Source: an uncultured Bacilli bacterium
GTDB lineage: Bacteria; Bacillota_I; Bacilli_A; RF39; UBA660
Direction of reading: 5' to 3'
NCBI GenBank assembly: GCA_947625625.1
Contig: CANQPC010000005.1
Location: forward strand, 1-61,215
Length of the DNA stretch: 61,215 nucleotides
The notes under the pieces are model-generated. The model worked only from the letters and a program-made list of their open reading frames with translations. It ran no database searches and was not told the origin of the DNA. Made by a program: the position numbers and the translations under genes. Position 1 is the stretch's first letter. Every line of letters begins with the position of its first letter. Shown here in pieces: positions 10,976 through 21,150 of this stretch.

Positions 10976-11188
10976 TTACAATGATATCATTAAGCACAAG
11001 ATAAAGAAAGAAAAACCTAAAACATAAGTTACTCTAGTTATGAATAACTCGAATCCTCTCTCTTTACGATTGGCAAATAAATCAGAATTTCCCCCCTGAA
11101 TTATCTGTGAAGCTGATTCAGCTTTACCACTTTGTAATAAAACGATTGCTATTAATAATACGGCAATTATTACGGCGATTATTTCCAT
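10976..11188 (-). CDS. secG: Preprotein translocase subunit SecG
   Basis: VLLQSGK..., LF..RKERG, two TM helices, upstream of rnr. Confidence 0.93.
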   Translation of the reverse strand: MEIIAVIIAVLLIAIVLLQSGKAESASQIIQGGNSDLFANRKERGFELFITRVTYVLGFSFFILCLMISL

Positions 11189-11262
11189 GCTATCATTCCT
11201 TTCATTTATATTATATTATAGCAAATATCTATATATTTGTAAATTAGGTAATATTAATAAAA

Positions 11263-12696
11263 TTAATATTGTATACCCCAAATAACTAATTCTTTAGCGG
11301 GCTTACCGCAGACAATACATTTATCGTCTACTTTTTCTTCTTCAAAAGGAATACATCGTGACTTGCATCCTCTTATTTCTTTAATTTTTTCTTCACATTT
11401 AGAGTCGCCACACCACATAGCTTTGACGAAGCCTGGATGAGTATTTATAATATCTTTAAACTGCTCTAAATCTGTCACTGTATAAGTCATTTCTTCTCTT
11501 CTTCGAAGAGCACGGTCGTACATATCTCTTTGAATATCTTCAAGTAAAATGCTGACATCTTTTACGATATCGGTATTAATAAATACTTCACTCTTCTCGC
11601 GCGTATCTCTTCTTGCCAAAGTTATAATACCTTTCTCTAAATCTCTCTTTCCAATTTCGATTCGAACGGGAATACCATTAACTTCGGCTTCGGCAAATTT
11701 AAAGCCCGGTGACTTATCGCTATTATCGATATATGATTCAATTCCCGAAGCATTTAATTTTTCTAGGTAATCATGAGCTAAACTTAATACCTCTAAATCT
11801 TCACCAATAGGAATAATAACTACTTTTTTAGGAGCTATTTTAGGAGGTAAAACTAACCCATAGTCATCAGAATGAACCATGATTAGAGCTCCGATCATCC
11901 TCGTCGTAACTCCCCATGAAGTTTGATATGGGTAATCGTATTTATTTTCTCGATTTAAATATTTAATATCGTAAGCTTTAGAAAACTTTTGTCCGAAATA
12001 ATGACTAGTTCCCGATTGCAAAGCAACTCCATTATACATGAGTGCTTCGACAGTATAAGTATATTCGGCACCGGCAAACTTTTCCTTTTCGGTTTTTTTG
12101 CCAACGATACTAGGTATAGCTAAATATTCGTGAAAAAAATCATTATAGATATTTAACATTCGAAGAGTCTCTGCTTCGGCTTCAGCCTTGCTTTCATGAA
12201 TTGTATGTCCTTCCTGCCATAAGAATTCACGACTTCGAAGGAATGGTCTCGTCTCTTTTTCCCAGCGGAGGACATTACACCACTGATTATATAATTTAGG
12301 AAGATCACGATAAGACGATATGGTACTTGCATAGTAATCACTAAATAGTGTCTCGGAAGTTGGTCTAATACATAATCTTTCTTCGAGTTTTTTAGTTCCA
12401 CCTTCGGTAACCCATGCTACTTCGGGAGCAAAACCTTCGACTAATTCTCCTTCTTTTCTGAGAAGATTTTCGGGAATTAACAAAGGCATATAGACATTAA
12501 CGTGTCCGGTCTCTTTGAATTTTTGATCGAGAATACTTTGCATTTTTTCCCATATTGCATAACCATTTGGTTCGAAGACCGTACATCCTTTAGTATTAGA
12601 ATAACTAGCTAAGTGAGCTACCCTTACAATATCGGTATACCATTTAGCAAAATCTTTATCTCTACTAGTTATTTCCTTATTCTGTTTGTCATTCAT
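11263..12696 (-). CDS. proS: Prolyl-tRNA synthetase, archaeal/eukaryote-like type
   Basis: GFAPEVAWVT, IRPTSET, RPFLRSREFLWQEGHT, QTSWGVTTR, C-terminal Cys/Zn domain. Confidence 0.96.
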   Translation of the reverse strand: MNDKQNKEITSRDKDFAKWYTDIVRVAHLASYSNTKGCTVFEPNGYAIWEKMQSILDQKFKETGHVNVYMPLLIPENLLRKEGELVEGFAPEVAWVTEGGTKKLEERLCIRPTSETLFSDYYASTISSYRDLPKLYNQWCNVLRWEKETRPFLRSREFLWQEGHTIHESKAEAEAETLRMLNIYNDFFHEYLAIPSIVGKKTEKEKFAGAEYTYTVEALMYNGVALQSGTSHYFGQKFSKAYDIKYLNRENKYDYPYQTSWGVTTRMIGALIMVHSDDYGLVLPPKIAPKKVVIIPIGEDLEVLSLAHDYLEKLNASGIESYIDNSDKSPGFKFAEAEVNGIPVRIEIGKRDLEKGIITLARRDTREKSEVFINTDIVKDVSILLEDIQRDMYDRALRRREEMTYTVTDLEQFKDIINTHPGFVKAMWCGDSKCEEKIKEIRGCKSRCIPFEEEKVDDKCIVCGKPAKELVIWGIQY

Positions 12697-13373
12697 TATT
12701 CTGTCTCCCTTCCAGCACTTTTATTATTACCATTCTTTTTGCGGTACATAAAGAAGGTAATAGCTGACAAGATAAGTAATATTATAAAGCAAACTATTTG
12801 AAAAGTTGTAATAGTAAGCTTAGCCTTAGGTTTCTCACTTTTAATATTCTTAGAAAGAACAAGATATAAATCGACATTATCTTCATCTTCGATCGTCCAA
12901 ATATATTTATCGCCATCAATTTTTTCAGCATTACTTTCGATAATGCCATAATCACTAGTTACATTTATTTTGATACCATCAGATGCCCGACAATAAAAAG
13001 TACCATATGCTCTTATATAATAAAAGTCATCTATCTCTTCGATATTATGCTTTTCAAAGCAACTGTTAATAAGACGGGAGTCAGCATAATTATCATGATA
13101 TTTATAACTTAAATTATATTTATAGCCTTCGTCAGTTTTGTCGAGACTTTTTTGATATAAATCTTCACTATTTAAGAGAGCTTTCTGCTCGTTATACATA
13201 AGCTCTGTTATAGGAGTCATACCATTTTTTTGGCGATCATTTTCTAACTCTTCATCAGTAAAAGTACCGCTTAGGTTTTCAACTATTTCATTATTTTTAA
13301 TATCGATATTATAATTTACAGTACATCCAGTCAAGAAAAGCATTAATGTTAGTATTAGTATTTTCTTTCTCAT
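12696..13373 (-). CDS. Lipoprotein with C-terminal TM anchor, unknown function
   Basis: Lipobox LTGC; hydrophobic C-terminal helix followed by basic residues. Confidence 0.7.
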   Translation of the reverse strand: MRKKILILTLMLFLTGCTVNYNIDIKNNEIVENLSGTFTDEELENDRQKNGMTPITELMYNEQKALLNSEDLYQKSLDKTDEGYKYNLSYKYHDNYADSRLINSCFEKHNIEEIDDFYYIRAYGTFYCRASDGIKINVTSDYGIIESNAEKIDGDKYIWTIEDEDNVDLYLVLSKNIKSEKPKAKLTITTFQIVCFIILLILSAITFFMYRKKNGNNKSAGRETE

Positions 13374-13393
13374 TATTTCCTCCTACTGATAAA

Positions 13394-14404
13394 TTAATTA
13401 GAAGTATACCATGAACCATAGCCCATTATGTTAGAATCATTTAGTTGGTATGTTTTGGCTCCGACGACACCTTCTCCTCCACCGGTATTACCTTCAATAG
13501 TATGAATAGTGCCATCATAATAATTGACAAGACCAACGTGGTCACAGTGAAGAACACTTCCCATACTTTTATCCCAATATTTTCCTTGATTTCGATTAGG
13601 AAACCAAAAGTATATTATGTCACCCTTTTTAGGAGTATAACTGCCTCCATATTGCTTCGAGTAATAAAATTTAAGATTACTATGATTATTAAAACTAGAT
13701 ATCGAACCTCCAGCCATACTTTCAGAATCGAGAGGCCCTTCTTTGGTTACAATACTATAGACGGTTCCAACCCCTTGTACAGTAGTATTTTTTAAATTCC
13801 AAACTGTAAAATAGGCACACCAAGCAAGGGATTCTGTGAGACCACTGTATTTATTTCCTCCTTCATGACCTATTTCCTTACGAGCATTTTCGAGCATTCT
13901 AGTAGCGGCTTCTTCGTAGACTCTATCTTCAGTTGGACTATTGTTAGAAGATCCTCCTTGAGAATTATTACCTGTTTCTTCATCAGGTTCTTCATCAGGC
14001 TCTTCACCGGGATCGTCATTTTGTTTTATTTCTTCATATTTACCGGTTGCATCTTGTAAGCCCTGATAGTACTCGATAGTTTCAATATCACCTGAATTAC
14101 TTATGCACGCAGTATATTCTACACCAAGACCAGCGGTATCTAAAATATTCATGACAACTCTAACTATCCATGGAACTAAAAAGACGATAACAGCATATAT
14201 AATCCTTTTTCCAACTAATTTGGTAGATTTTAATTGTTCACTCTCCTGAGAAATTGTTGCCTTAGCAAAATCGACCATAAGCATGACGATAAGGCCAATG
14301 GGGAGAACTATTGTCAAAATGTTTAAAAACTGCCTTACAAAAAAAAGAACACGTAAAATATCAGGATTCTGACATGCTTCAAACAAAAAATACATACATA
14401 TCAC
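13394..14404 (-). CDS. CHAP-domain peptidoglycan hydrolase with N-terminal two-TM pilin-like domain
   Basis: AWCAYF catalytic Cys, PKKGDII, DHVGLV, TIEGNT; two TM helices at N-terminus; acidic linker. Confidence 0.82.
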   Translation of the reverse strand: MICMYFLFEACQNPDILRVLFFVRQFLNILTIVLPIGLIVMLMVDFAKATISQESEQLKSTKLVGKRIIYAVIVFLVPWIVRVVMNILDTAGLGVEYTACISNSGDIETIEYYQGLQDATGKYEEIKQNDDPGEEPDEEPDEETGNNSQGGSSNNSPTEDRVYEEAATRMLENARKEIGHEGGNKYSGLTESLAWCAYFTVWNLKNTTVQGVGTVYSIVTKEGPLDSESMAGGSISSFNNHSNLKFYYSKQYGGSYTPKKGDIIYFWFPNRNQGKYWDKSMGSVLHCDHVGLVNYYDGTIHTIEGNTGGGEGVVGAKTYQLNDSNIMGYGSWYTSN

Positions 14405-14457
14405 CTAGTATTAGTATATATTAGTTTTATCTTTTTTTCAAGAGAAAAAGAGAAACT

Positions 14458-14658
14458 TTATCGTTTCTCTACATGAATAAGTCCATCATATACTTCTTCG
14501 AGGGCTCTACCTATCTCTTTACTGCACTTGTATTCTTTAAGTGATTTTTGATAATAGCCTGTCCTTGACATCTGTTTACTTCTTTCCGATACAATATAGA
14601 CAAGAGCATATTTAGAGTCAACAATGTTTAAAATTTTATCGATAGATGGATATATCAT
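14458..14658 (-). CDS. rpoZ: RNA polymerase omega subunit
   Basis: MIYPSIDKIL...SKYALV...R, ALEEV. Confidence 0.92.
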   Translation of the reverse strand: MIYPSIDKILNIVDSKYALVYIVSERSKQMSRTGYYQKSLKEYKCSKEIGRALEEVYDGLIHVEKR

Positions 14659-14760
14659 TTGTATCACACTCCCTTATATTATAAGAATATTACATAACAT
14701 AAAATATTACAAGTAAGTTGACAATAATTTGACAAAAGAAAATCGTAAAAAAAAGAGAAC

Positions 14761-17700
14761 TTATTTGTTCTCCTCTATCTTTTCGAGCTTTATTCCAACT
14801 TCATAATCATTTATTTTAATTTTATCTGATAGATTTTCTTTTTCATAAATATTAATAGTTAGAGTCTCTCCTTTAATCATATCTAAATAATTATTAATAT
14901 GTTTCATATATTCACTATCGGCATCTAAATACATATTAATACGATCCATAATATCAAAATTTAAATTTTTACGAAGCTGTTGTACTTTCGATATTGTCTC
15001 TCTAGCTAGTCCTTCCTCTAGTAAATCGGAAGTGATAGTCGTATTTAGAATAACAAACTTATTATTATCCATTCCGACACTAAAGCCTTCCTTCGAAGAT
15101 ATTCTAATATCGACCATATCTTTCGTAACATCATATTTAGTATTATCGATAGTCATTTCAATTGTCATATTATTTTCTAGTTTGGTAATTTCTTCAGTAG
15201 TAAGAGTTAATAATTTTTCTTGAAATTCTTTAATATTTTTACCAAAGATTTTACCTACTTCTTTAAAATTAGGTTTTACTAAGAAATTCATGTATTCATT
15301 TAATTCAGATAAGAATATTACTTCTTTGACATTTAATTCTTCTTTAATTAGTGAAGTTAAATTTCCAATTATTTTTTCTTCCCTTACATCTAAAAGAATT
15401 TCACTAAGAGGCTGTCTTACCTTTATTTTAGCTTCTTCACGGACATTTCTTCCGAGACTTATCAAATCTCTTACTAAATCCATCTTTTCTTCTAATTGTA
15501 AGTTAATTAACTTTTCATCATAAGAAGGAAAATCACTTAGATGAACGGATACTTCGCCAGTTAAATTTTGATAGATCTCTTCACTGATATAAGGCGTAAT
15601 TGGTGCTATTACCTGAGATAGGCCTACTAAAACATCATAAGTGGTCTTATAGACACTTTTCTTTGATAAGGTAAGCTCTCCACCCCAGAATCTATCTCTA
15701 TTTCTTCTAATGTACCAATTAGATAAATCTTCCGAAACAAAGTATGTGAGTGTTCGGACAACTTTATTAAGATCAAATTCTTCATAAAAAGTTGTAACAT
15801 CCTTAAGTAATTTATTGTATTTCGATAGAAGCCACTTATCAATTTCTTCCAAGTCTTCATATTTGACATCTAGCATTTTGGTATCTATTTTATCAATATT
15901 AGCATAAGTTACGAAGAATGAATAAGTGTTACGAAGGGGATTAAAGAACTTAGAATATACTTCTTTTAAGCCATCAATATCGAATTTTAAAGGCGTCCAA
16001 GTCGGAGATACATAAGGAAGATAAAACCTTACCGTATCCGCTCCATGTTCTCGCATTGCCGTAAATGGTTCGACAATATTGCCTCTAGATTTACTCATCT
16101 TCTTGCCTTCGGCATCGAGAAGTAAGTCGTTTACTAAAACGTTTTTATATGGCGAGCAGCCTTTTACAAAGGTCGATATGACAAGTAATGTATAAAACCA
16201 TCCTCGCGTCTGGTCGATACCTTCGGCAATGAAATCCGCTGGAAACTGACTTTCCCATAATTCTTGATTTTCAAATGGATAATGATACTGGGCAAATGGC
16301 ATTGATCCTGAATCGAACCAGCAGTCTAAAACATCAGGTATTCTAGTCATTTCTTTACCACATTTCGGACATTTTAAATGAATATTATCGATATATGGCT
16401 TATGTAAGTCTAACGATTTATCATCAATTTTACAAGTTGCCTTCTCTTTTAATTCTTCTATTGAGCCAATCATTTCCGCATGACCGCATTCACACTTAAA
16501 ATATGGAATTGGAGCTCCCCAATATCTCGTTCGCGATACAGCCCAGTCTTTGGCATTCATAAGCCAGTTATTGAATCTCTTAACGCCAACATACTCAGGA
16601 TACCAATTAACTTTACTATTAGCCTCTACTAATTTATCGCGGAATTTTGATACGGCTATGTAGTAACTTGGCATTGTATAGTATAAAAGAGGACTATCAC
16701 ATCGCCAGCAGTGAGGATACTCGTGACTTAATTTTTGCTTTTTAAATAATTTATCATTTTCTTTTAAGTATTTAATTACTTCGAGGTCAGCATCAAAGAC
16801 GAGCATTCCTTGCCATGGTCCTTCTTTATATGTTCCGTCTAATCCAACGGGATTTACATAAGGAAGATTATATTCTTTGCCGATACGTGAGTCATCTTCA
16901 CCAAAAGCAGGAGCAATATGAACGATACCGGTACCATCTTCCATCGTTACATAATTATCACAAGTGACAAAGAAAGCTTTTTCTTTAACATCAATAAAAG
17001 GAAGTAATTGTTCGTATTCGGTAAATTCTAACTCTTTACCTTTAAATGTTTCGAGGACTTTAACTTCATCACCAAGTACGCGTGAAACTAGAGCTTTTGC
17101 TAGTATAAACTTATATCCCTGTGATTCTACTTTAACGTAATCTTCATCTGGATTAACACATAATGCAACGTTTGAAAGAAGAGTCCAAGGAGTTGTCGTC
17201 CAAACCAAAAAGTATTCGTCTTTATCTTTCACTTTAAAAGGTACTATTACAGTATTTACATCAACCGTTTTATAGCCCTGTGCTACTTCGTGCGAAGCAA
17301 GACCAGTACCACATCTAGGACAATATGGTGTTACTTTTGTTCCTTCGTAGAAAAGGCCTTCTTCAAAGAATTTTTTTAGTATCCACCACTCTGTTTCAAT
17401 GTATTCATTTTTATAAGTAAGATAAGGATTGTCTGTATCGATAAACTGGCCCATCTTATGTGTAAGGTCAGTAAATGCTTTTTCATTTTCACGAACACTC
17501 TTTCGGCATTCTTCGTTAAATTTTTCAACTCCATATTCTTCGATATCTTTTTTTGACTTAAATCCTAATTTTTTTTCGACATGGTTTTCAATTGGAAGGC
17601 CATGGGTATCCCAACCAATTTTTCTAATTATCTTGTAGCCTTTCATAGTCTTATATTTACAGATAATATCTTTAAGATTTTTTCCAACCATGTGATGTAG

Positions 17701-17862
17701 TCCTGGAAAACCATTAGCAAAAGCGGGTCCATCATAGAAAACCCAAGGCTCTTTTCCTTTTTCAATCGACTTATTTAGAACGTCAATTTTTTCCCAATAA
17801 TCGATATATTTTTTCTCATTAACTTCATAGCTATCTTTACTTAACTCTTTAAAATTTTTCAT
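14761..17862 (-). CDS. ileS: Isoleucyl-tRNA synthetase, type 2 (eukaryote-like)
   Basis: FYDGPAFANG, GWDTHGLP, WTTTPWTL, KMSKS, SNWYIRRNR; 1033 aa. Confidence 0.96.
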   Translation of the reverse strand: MKNFKELSKDSYEVNEKKYIDYWEKIDVLNKSIEKGKEPWVFYDGPAFANGFPGLHHMVGKNLKDIICKYKTMKGYKIIRKIGWDTHGLPIENHVEKKLGFKSKKDIEEYGVEKFNEECRKSVRENEKAFTDLTHKMGQFIDTDNPYLTYKNEYIETEWWILKKFFEEGLFYEGTKVTPYCPRCGTGLASHEVAQGYKTVDVNTVIVPFKVKDKDEYFLVWTTTPWTLLSNVALCVNPDEDYVKVESQGYKFILAKALVSRVLGDEVKVLETFKGKELEFTEYEQLLPFIDVKEKAFFVTCDNYVTMEDGTGIVHIAPAFGEDDSRIGKEYNLPYVNPVGLDGTYKEGPWQGMLVFDADLEVIKYLKENDKLFKKQKLSHEYPHCWRCDSPLLYYTMPSYYIAVSKFRDKLVEANSKVNWYPEYVGVKRFNNWLMNAKDWAVSRTRYWGAPIPYFKCECGHAEMIGSIEELKEKATCKIDDKSLDLHKPYIDNIHLKCPKCGKEMTRIPDVLDCWFDSGSMPFAQYHYPFENQELWESQFPADFIAEGIDQTRGWFYTLLVISTFVKGCSPYKNVLVNDLLLDAEGKKMSKSRGNIVEPFTAMREHGADTVRFYLPYVSPTWTPLKFDIDGLKEVYSKFFNPLRNTYSFFVTYANIDKIDTKMLDVKYEDLEEIDKWLLSKYNKLLKDVTTFYEEFDLNKVVRTLTYFVSEDLSNWYIRRNRDRFWGGELTLSKKSVYKTTYDVLVGLSQVIAPITPYISEEIYQNLTGEVSVHLSDFPSYDEKLINLQLEEKMDLVRDLISLGRNVREEAKIKVRQPLSEILLDVREEKIIGNLTSLIKEELNVKEVIFLSELNEYMNFLVKPNFKEVGKIFGKNIKEFQEKLLTLTTEEITKLENNMTIEMTIDNTKYDVTKDMVDIRISSKEGFSVGMDNNKFVILNTTITSDLLEEGLARETISKVQQLRKNLNFDIMDRINMYLDADSEYMKHINNYLDMIKGETLTINIYEKENLSDKIKINDYEVGIKLEKIEENK

Positions 17863-17869
17863 TCTTTCC

Positions 17870-18105
17870 TCCTTCTAAAATAAAATGCACTTATGTAATA
17901 AGGACGGATAATTATTCGCGGTACCACCTTATTTCACATAAGTGCTCTTATTTTTGATAACGGGATATCCCCGATTTTTCTTAATTAATTATTTTCAGAA
18001 AAACGCATCTAGAGTGATCCATATAGTAAGTTCATATCAGTTTTCACCACATCACTGACTCTCTATTAATCGCTTATTATATCGTCTCTTTCAACTGCTT
18101 TAAAT
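17870..18105 (-). promoter_or_regulatory. T-box riboswitch leader of ileS (Ile specifier)
   Basis: Minus strand: AGAGAG...GGTGAAA stem I motifs, ATC specifier (18016-18018), CCGTTA stem IIA/B, AAGGTGGTACCGCG...CGTCCTT antiterminator (17900-17930). Confidence 0.9.
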
Positions 18106-18151
18106 ACAAACTTATTATATGATAATTTCTCTCTAATGTCAATTAAAATAT

Positions 18152-18676
18152 TTATTTTATCTTATTTTTGACTTTTTGATATTCTTTTAAAGCTTCAATC
18201 ATCTCTTCGGTAATTACTTTATTGACAGGATTATCTGGTATACTATCAATTAATACTTTAGTAACATCAGAAAGAGGAACCCTTTTAACTGTAAAGCTAC
18301 CTTCTCTTTCCCAATCAGTTAAGTTATTTTTATCTAGCCTGGGATTCCTATCGGTATTTATTAAGACATAGTAGATATCATTTTGCCGATTAAGACCTGT
18401 ATCGTGATAATTTTTATTATAATGAGATAATTTGAAAAAAGGAGTTACTGGTATATCTTCAATATCCATTCCTAATTCTTCCTTTAGTTCTCTAACTAGG
18501 CATTCTTTGATTGTCTCCCCTTTTTCTAAATGTCCTCCCGGAAATTGATATGTCTTATGTGAATAGCCAAGTAATATCTCATCACTACTATTTATTATTA
18601 TTGCCTTTACTCTCGTAACTACTTCATCTATTTCTTCTTTCTTTAGATTGTCATAATTATATATTTTTTCTTGCAT
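18152..18676 (-). CDS. NUDIX hydrolase
   Basis: PGGHLEKGETIKECLVRELKEELG Nudix box. Confidence 0.92.
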   Translation of the reverse strand: MQEKIYNYDNLKKEEIDEVVTRVKAIIINSSDEILLGYSHKTYQFPGGHLEKGETIKECLVRELKEELGMDIEDIPVTPFFKLSHYNKNYHDTGLNRQNDIYYVLINTDRNPRLDKNNLTDWEREGSFTVKRVPLSDVTKVLIDSIPDNPVNKVITEEMIEALKEYQKVKNKIK

Positions 18677-18741
18677 ATTTATCGCCTTCTTCTACAATAT
18701 ATATTGGCACAAAAAGTTATTTTTTTACATCATAAATAAAT

Positions 18742-20016
18742 TCATATTTTTTTTAAATAATCTAAAATGTCTTGTTTATTTATTAGATCTTTATTATTAG
18801 TTTTCAAATCCTCTATTTCATAATTTTCAGAATCATATTTATTACCTAACACAATTAGTTTTGGAGTCCCTAATACATATGCATCATTTATTCTATTTCC
18901 AATAGTTAAATTATCGCGATCATCAATAATAGCAGATACATTATTATCATTTAAATAATGATACAGTTCTTCTGCTTCTTCTTTATTTTTCTCATTATAG
19001 ATTATTTGAACTTTATATGGTGCTATATTATAAGGTAATACAAAACCTTTTACTGTGTTACCATCTTTTATTACACTATTTTCAATTATACAAGCGATTA
19101 TTCTTCCTAGTCCAATTCCATAGCAGCCCATATAGTATGGTTTCTTATTACCATCTTCATCCTTATAGAACAACTTCATACTTTCAGAATATTTTGTTCC
19201 CAGCTGAAAATTATTTCCCAGTTCTATCGTATTAAATTCTTGAAAATCATTTAAATTTTGAACTCCCAATTGCTTTAAATATTCTTCTTTATTAACTTGC
19301 TCTAATACTTCTTTGTTAATACCAATATCATTTTTTTCATTATATAATGTTTTATCTTCACCTAAATTTGTAATGGCTTGGAATTCTTCGGCAACTTTAC
19401 CACCGATAACTCCACTATCACTAACAGTAGGAATTATTTTAATTCCTAGTCTTTTAAAAATATTTAAATATACTTGGTGCATCAACTTATAGGTCTTTTT
19501 CATTTCTTCTTCATTCTTATCAAATGAGTAAGCATCCATCATTACAAAAGTTCTAGGTCTAAATAAATAACCTCTCGTTCTTATTTCCTTCCTAAATTTT
19601 TCTCCTATTTGATAATATATAGCGGGCAAATTTTTATAAGAACCTAGTCTATTAGCCCCAAATAAGCCCGCACATTCTTCCGCTGTTGGAGCAAGTCCAT
19701 ATTCCCCTAAGTTATTTTCTAATGTAAACATTATATCTCCATCTTTGGTATAAGTATCCCAACGATTAGATTGTATCCATATTTTTTTTGGTTGCAATTT
19801 AGGAAACTCTACTTGAATACATCCGACTTTATCTAATTCTTCAATTATAATATTTTCAACAATTCTTTCCAGTTTAGTCCATAAATTACCATAGCCATAA
19901 ATGCCACTTTCATATTGATATAATTCGCCTAATTTAAATAAAATGTCTTGTCCCGAATAACTTTTATCTACGTCATCGAGATTTATTTTTTTAATATTTA
20001 AATTACTTAATCTCAT
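18742..20016 (-). CDS. Second prolyl-tRNA synthetase-like protein, bacterial type lacking INS editing domain
   Basis: LAPTAEE, YQIGEKFRKEIR, MDAYSF, IELGNNFQLGTKYS, MGCYGIGLGR; 424 aa. Confidence 0.85.
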   Translation of the reverse strand: MRLSNLNIKKINLDDVDKSYSGQDILFKLGELYQYESGIYGYGNLWTKLERIVENIIIEELDKVGCIQVEFPKLQPKKIWIQSNRWDTYTKDGDIMFTLENNLGEYGLAPTAEECAGLFGANRLGSYKNLPAIYYQIGEKFRKEIRTRGYLFRPRTFVMMDAYSFDKNEEEMKKTYKLMHQVYLNIFKRLGIKIIPTVSDSGVIGGKVAEEFQAITNLGEDKTLYNEKNDIGINKEVLEQVNKEEYLKQLGVQNLNDFQEFNTIELGNNFQLGTKYSESMKLFYKDEDGNKKPYYMGCYGIGLGRIIACIIENSVIKDGNTVKGFVLPYNIAPYKVQIIYNEKNKEEAEELYHYLNDNNVSAIIDDRDNLTIGNRINDAYVLGTPKLIVLGNKYDSENYEIEDLKTNNKDLINKQDILDYLKKI

Positions 20017-20048
20017 TTTTTACATCCTTTCATCAATATTCTAAATCT

Positions 20049-20921
20049 TTAAACTTTTTTACTATCATCTAATTCTCTTTCTTCTTCAATATATTTATAG
20101 TTTAATGTATTAGCACTTGTTATTACTGACTCTCCTAATTTGCTTTCGAGGTCTTTCCTAGCAATTTTGGCCGTATTACCACCCATTTTTGCTATTTTTT
20201 TATTTTGTTCTAGACCATAGGGTCTATGTTTTTTGACAAGTTCTCTTGTTGCAATTTCTCCTAAATCAGTAAGAGCAATTTCTATATCAGACATATTGTC
20301 TCTTAAAGATTCTTTTCTGATACCTTTATATGCTTTATATTCACTTGCCTTCATGCCAGACCATTCTTTATATATTTCATTAGTTAGTATTCCATATTCA
20401 TAATTTTCGGTAATACCTCCTTCTTTCCATATATCAGCTAGTTTATTTCGATTTAGTATTCCTTTTAGACTAGCTTCAATCCATTTATCAGAATAGCCTC
20501 TTTTACGATAATAATTAATTGCTCTTCCAATAGCAATTTCTGGATCGAATATCTCATCAATTCTCTCGCTACCTAAATTGGCAAGCCATAGTTTAAATGG
20601 TTCTGCCTTAGGACTTGGAATAGACTCTATAAGTCTAAATATTCCTTTCGTATCTAATGTGTCAGTCTCTCTTAATTTACCATCTTGAGCTTTCATTTTC
20701 AACTGGTTAGTATTACTAACCAGTTCACTTCCTTCATCACTTAGCTTACTTTTTAACCATTTCCAATAATTCCTAGCTTTGGCATAATCATTATCAGTTA
20801 ATACACCAATAACGTCAACCACACTAAAATAATAATCTTCTTTTTCACTATTCCAAATACTTCTTATTTCTTTCCCTTCAAATAGATTTGAAATTGTTTC
20901 TAATTTATCTTGATTCATCAC
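20049..20921 (-). CDS. Bro-N domain / phage antirepressor-like protein
   Basis: FEGKEIRS.W, FSVVDVI, RNYWKWLK, FRLIESIPSPKAEPFKLWLA. Confidence 0.88.
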   Translation of the reverse strand: MMNQDKLETISNLFEGKEIRSIWNSEKEDYYFSVVDVIGVLTDNDYAKARNYWKWLKSKLSDEGSELVSNTNQLKMKAQDGKLRETDTLDTKGIFRLIESIPSPKAEPFKLWLANLGSERIDEIFDPEIAIGRAINYYRKRGYSDKWIEASLKGILNRNKLADIWKEGGITENYEYGILTNEIYKEWSGMKASEYKAYKGIRKESLRDNMSDIEIALTDLGEIATRELVKKHRPYGLEQNKKIAKMGGNTAKIARKDLESKLGESVITSANTLNYKYIEEERELDDSKKV

Positions 20922-21150
20922 TTAACCCCCTTAATAAAAACTAATATTATGGTAATTCTAACTTTTCTTTTCCTTACCTAATTCTTTAAAAATATTTTGT
21001 CATCCATTATCATTCTAGCATAAGTACATTTGTTCGTCAATATATTTTTTTATCTTCTATTTTTGATATTGAAAATGAGTTAACTAAGATGTAGAAAATA
21101 ATTTCTAATTATAAAATCTCTTTAATATTATTTTTTAAGCATATTAGTTT

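Noticed and set aside
20049-20921. Prophage, suggested by Bro-N, DUF5131 and XRE genes
   Set aside because: These genes are scattered and no integrase, terminase, capsid or tail genes are present
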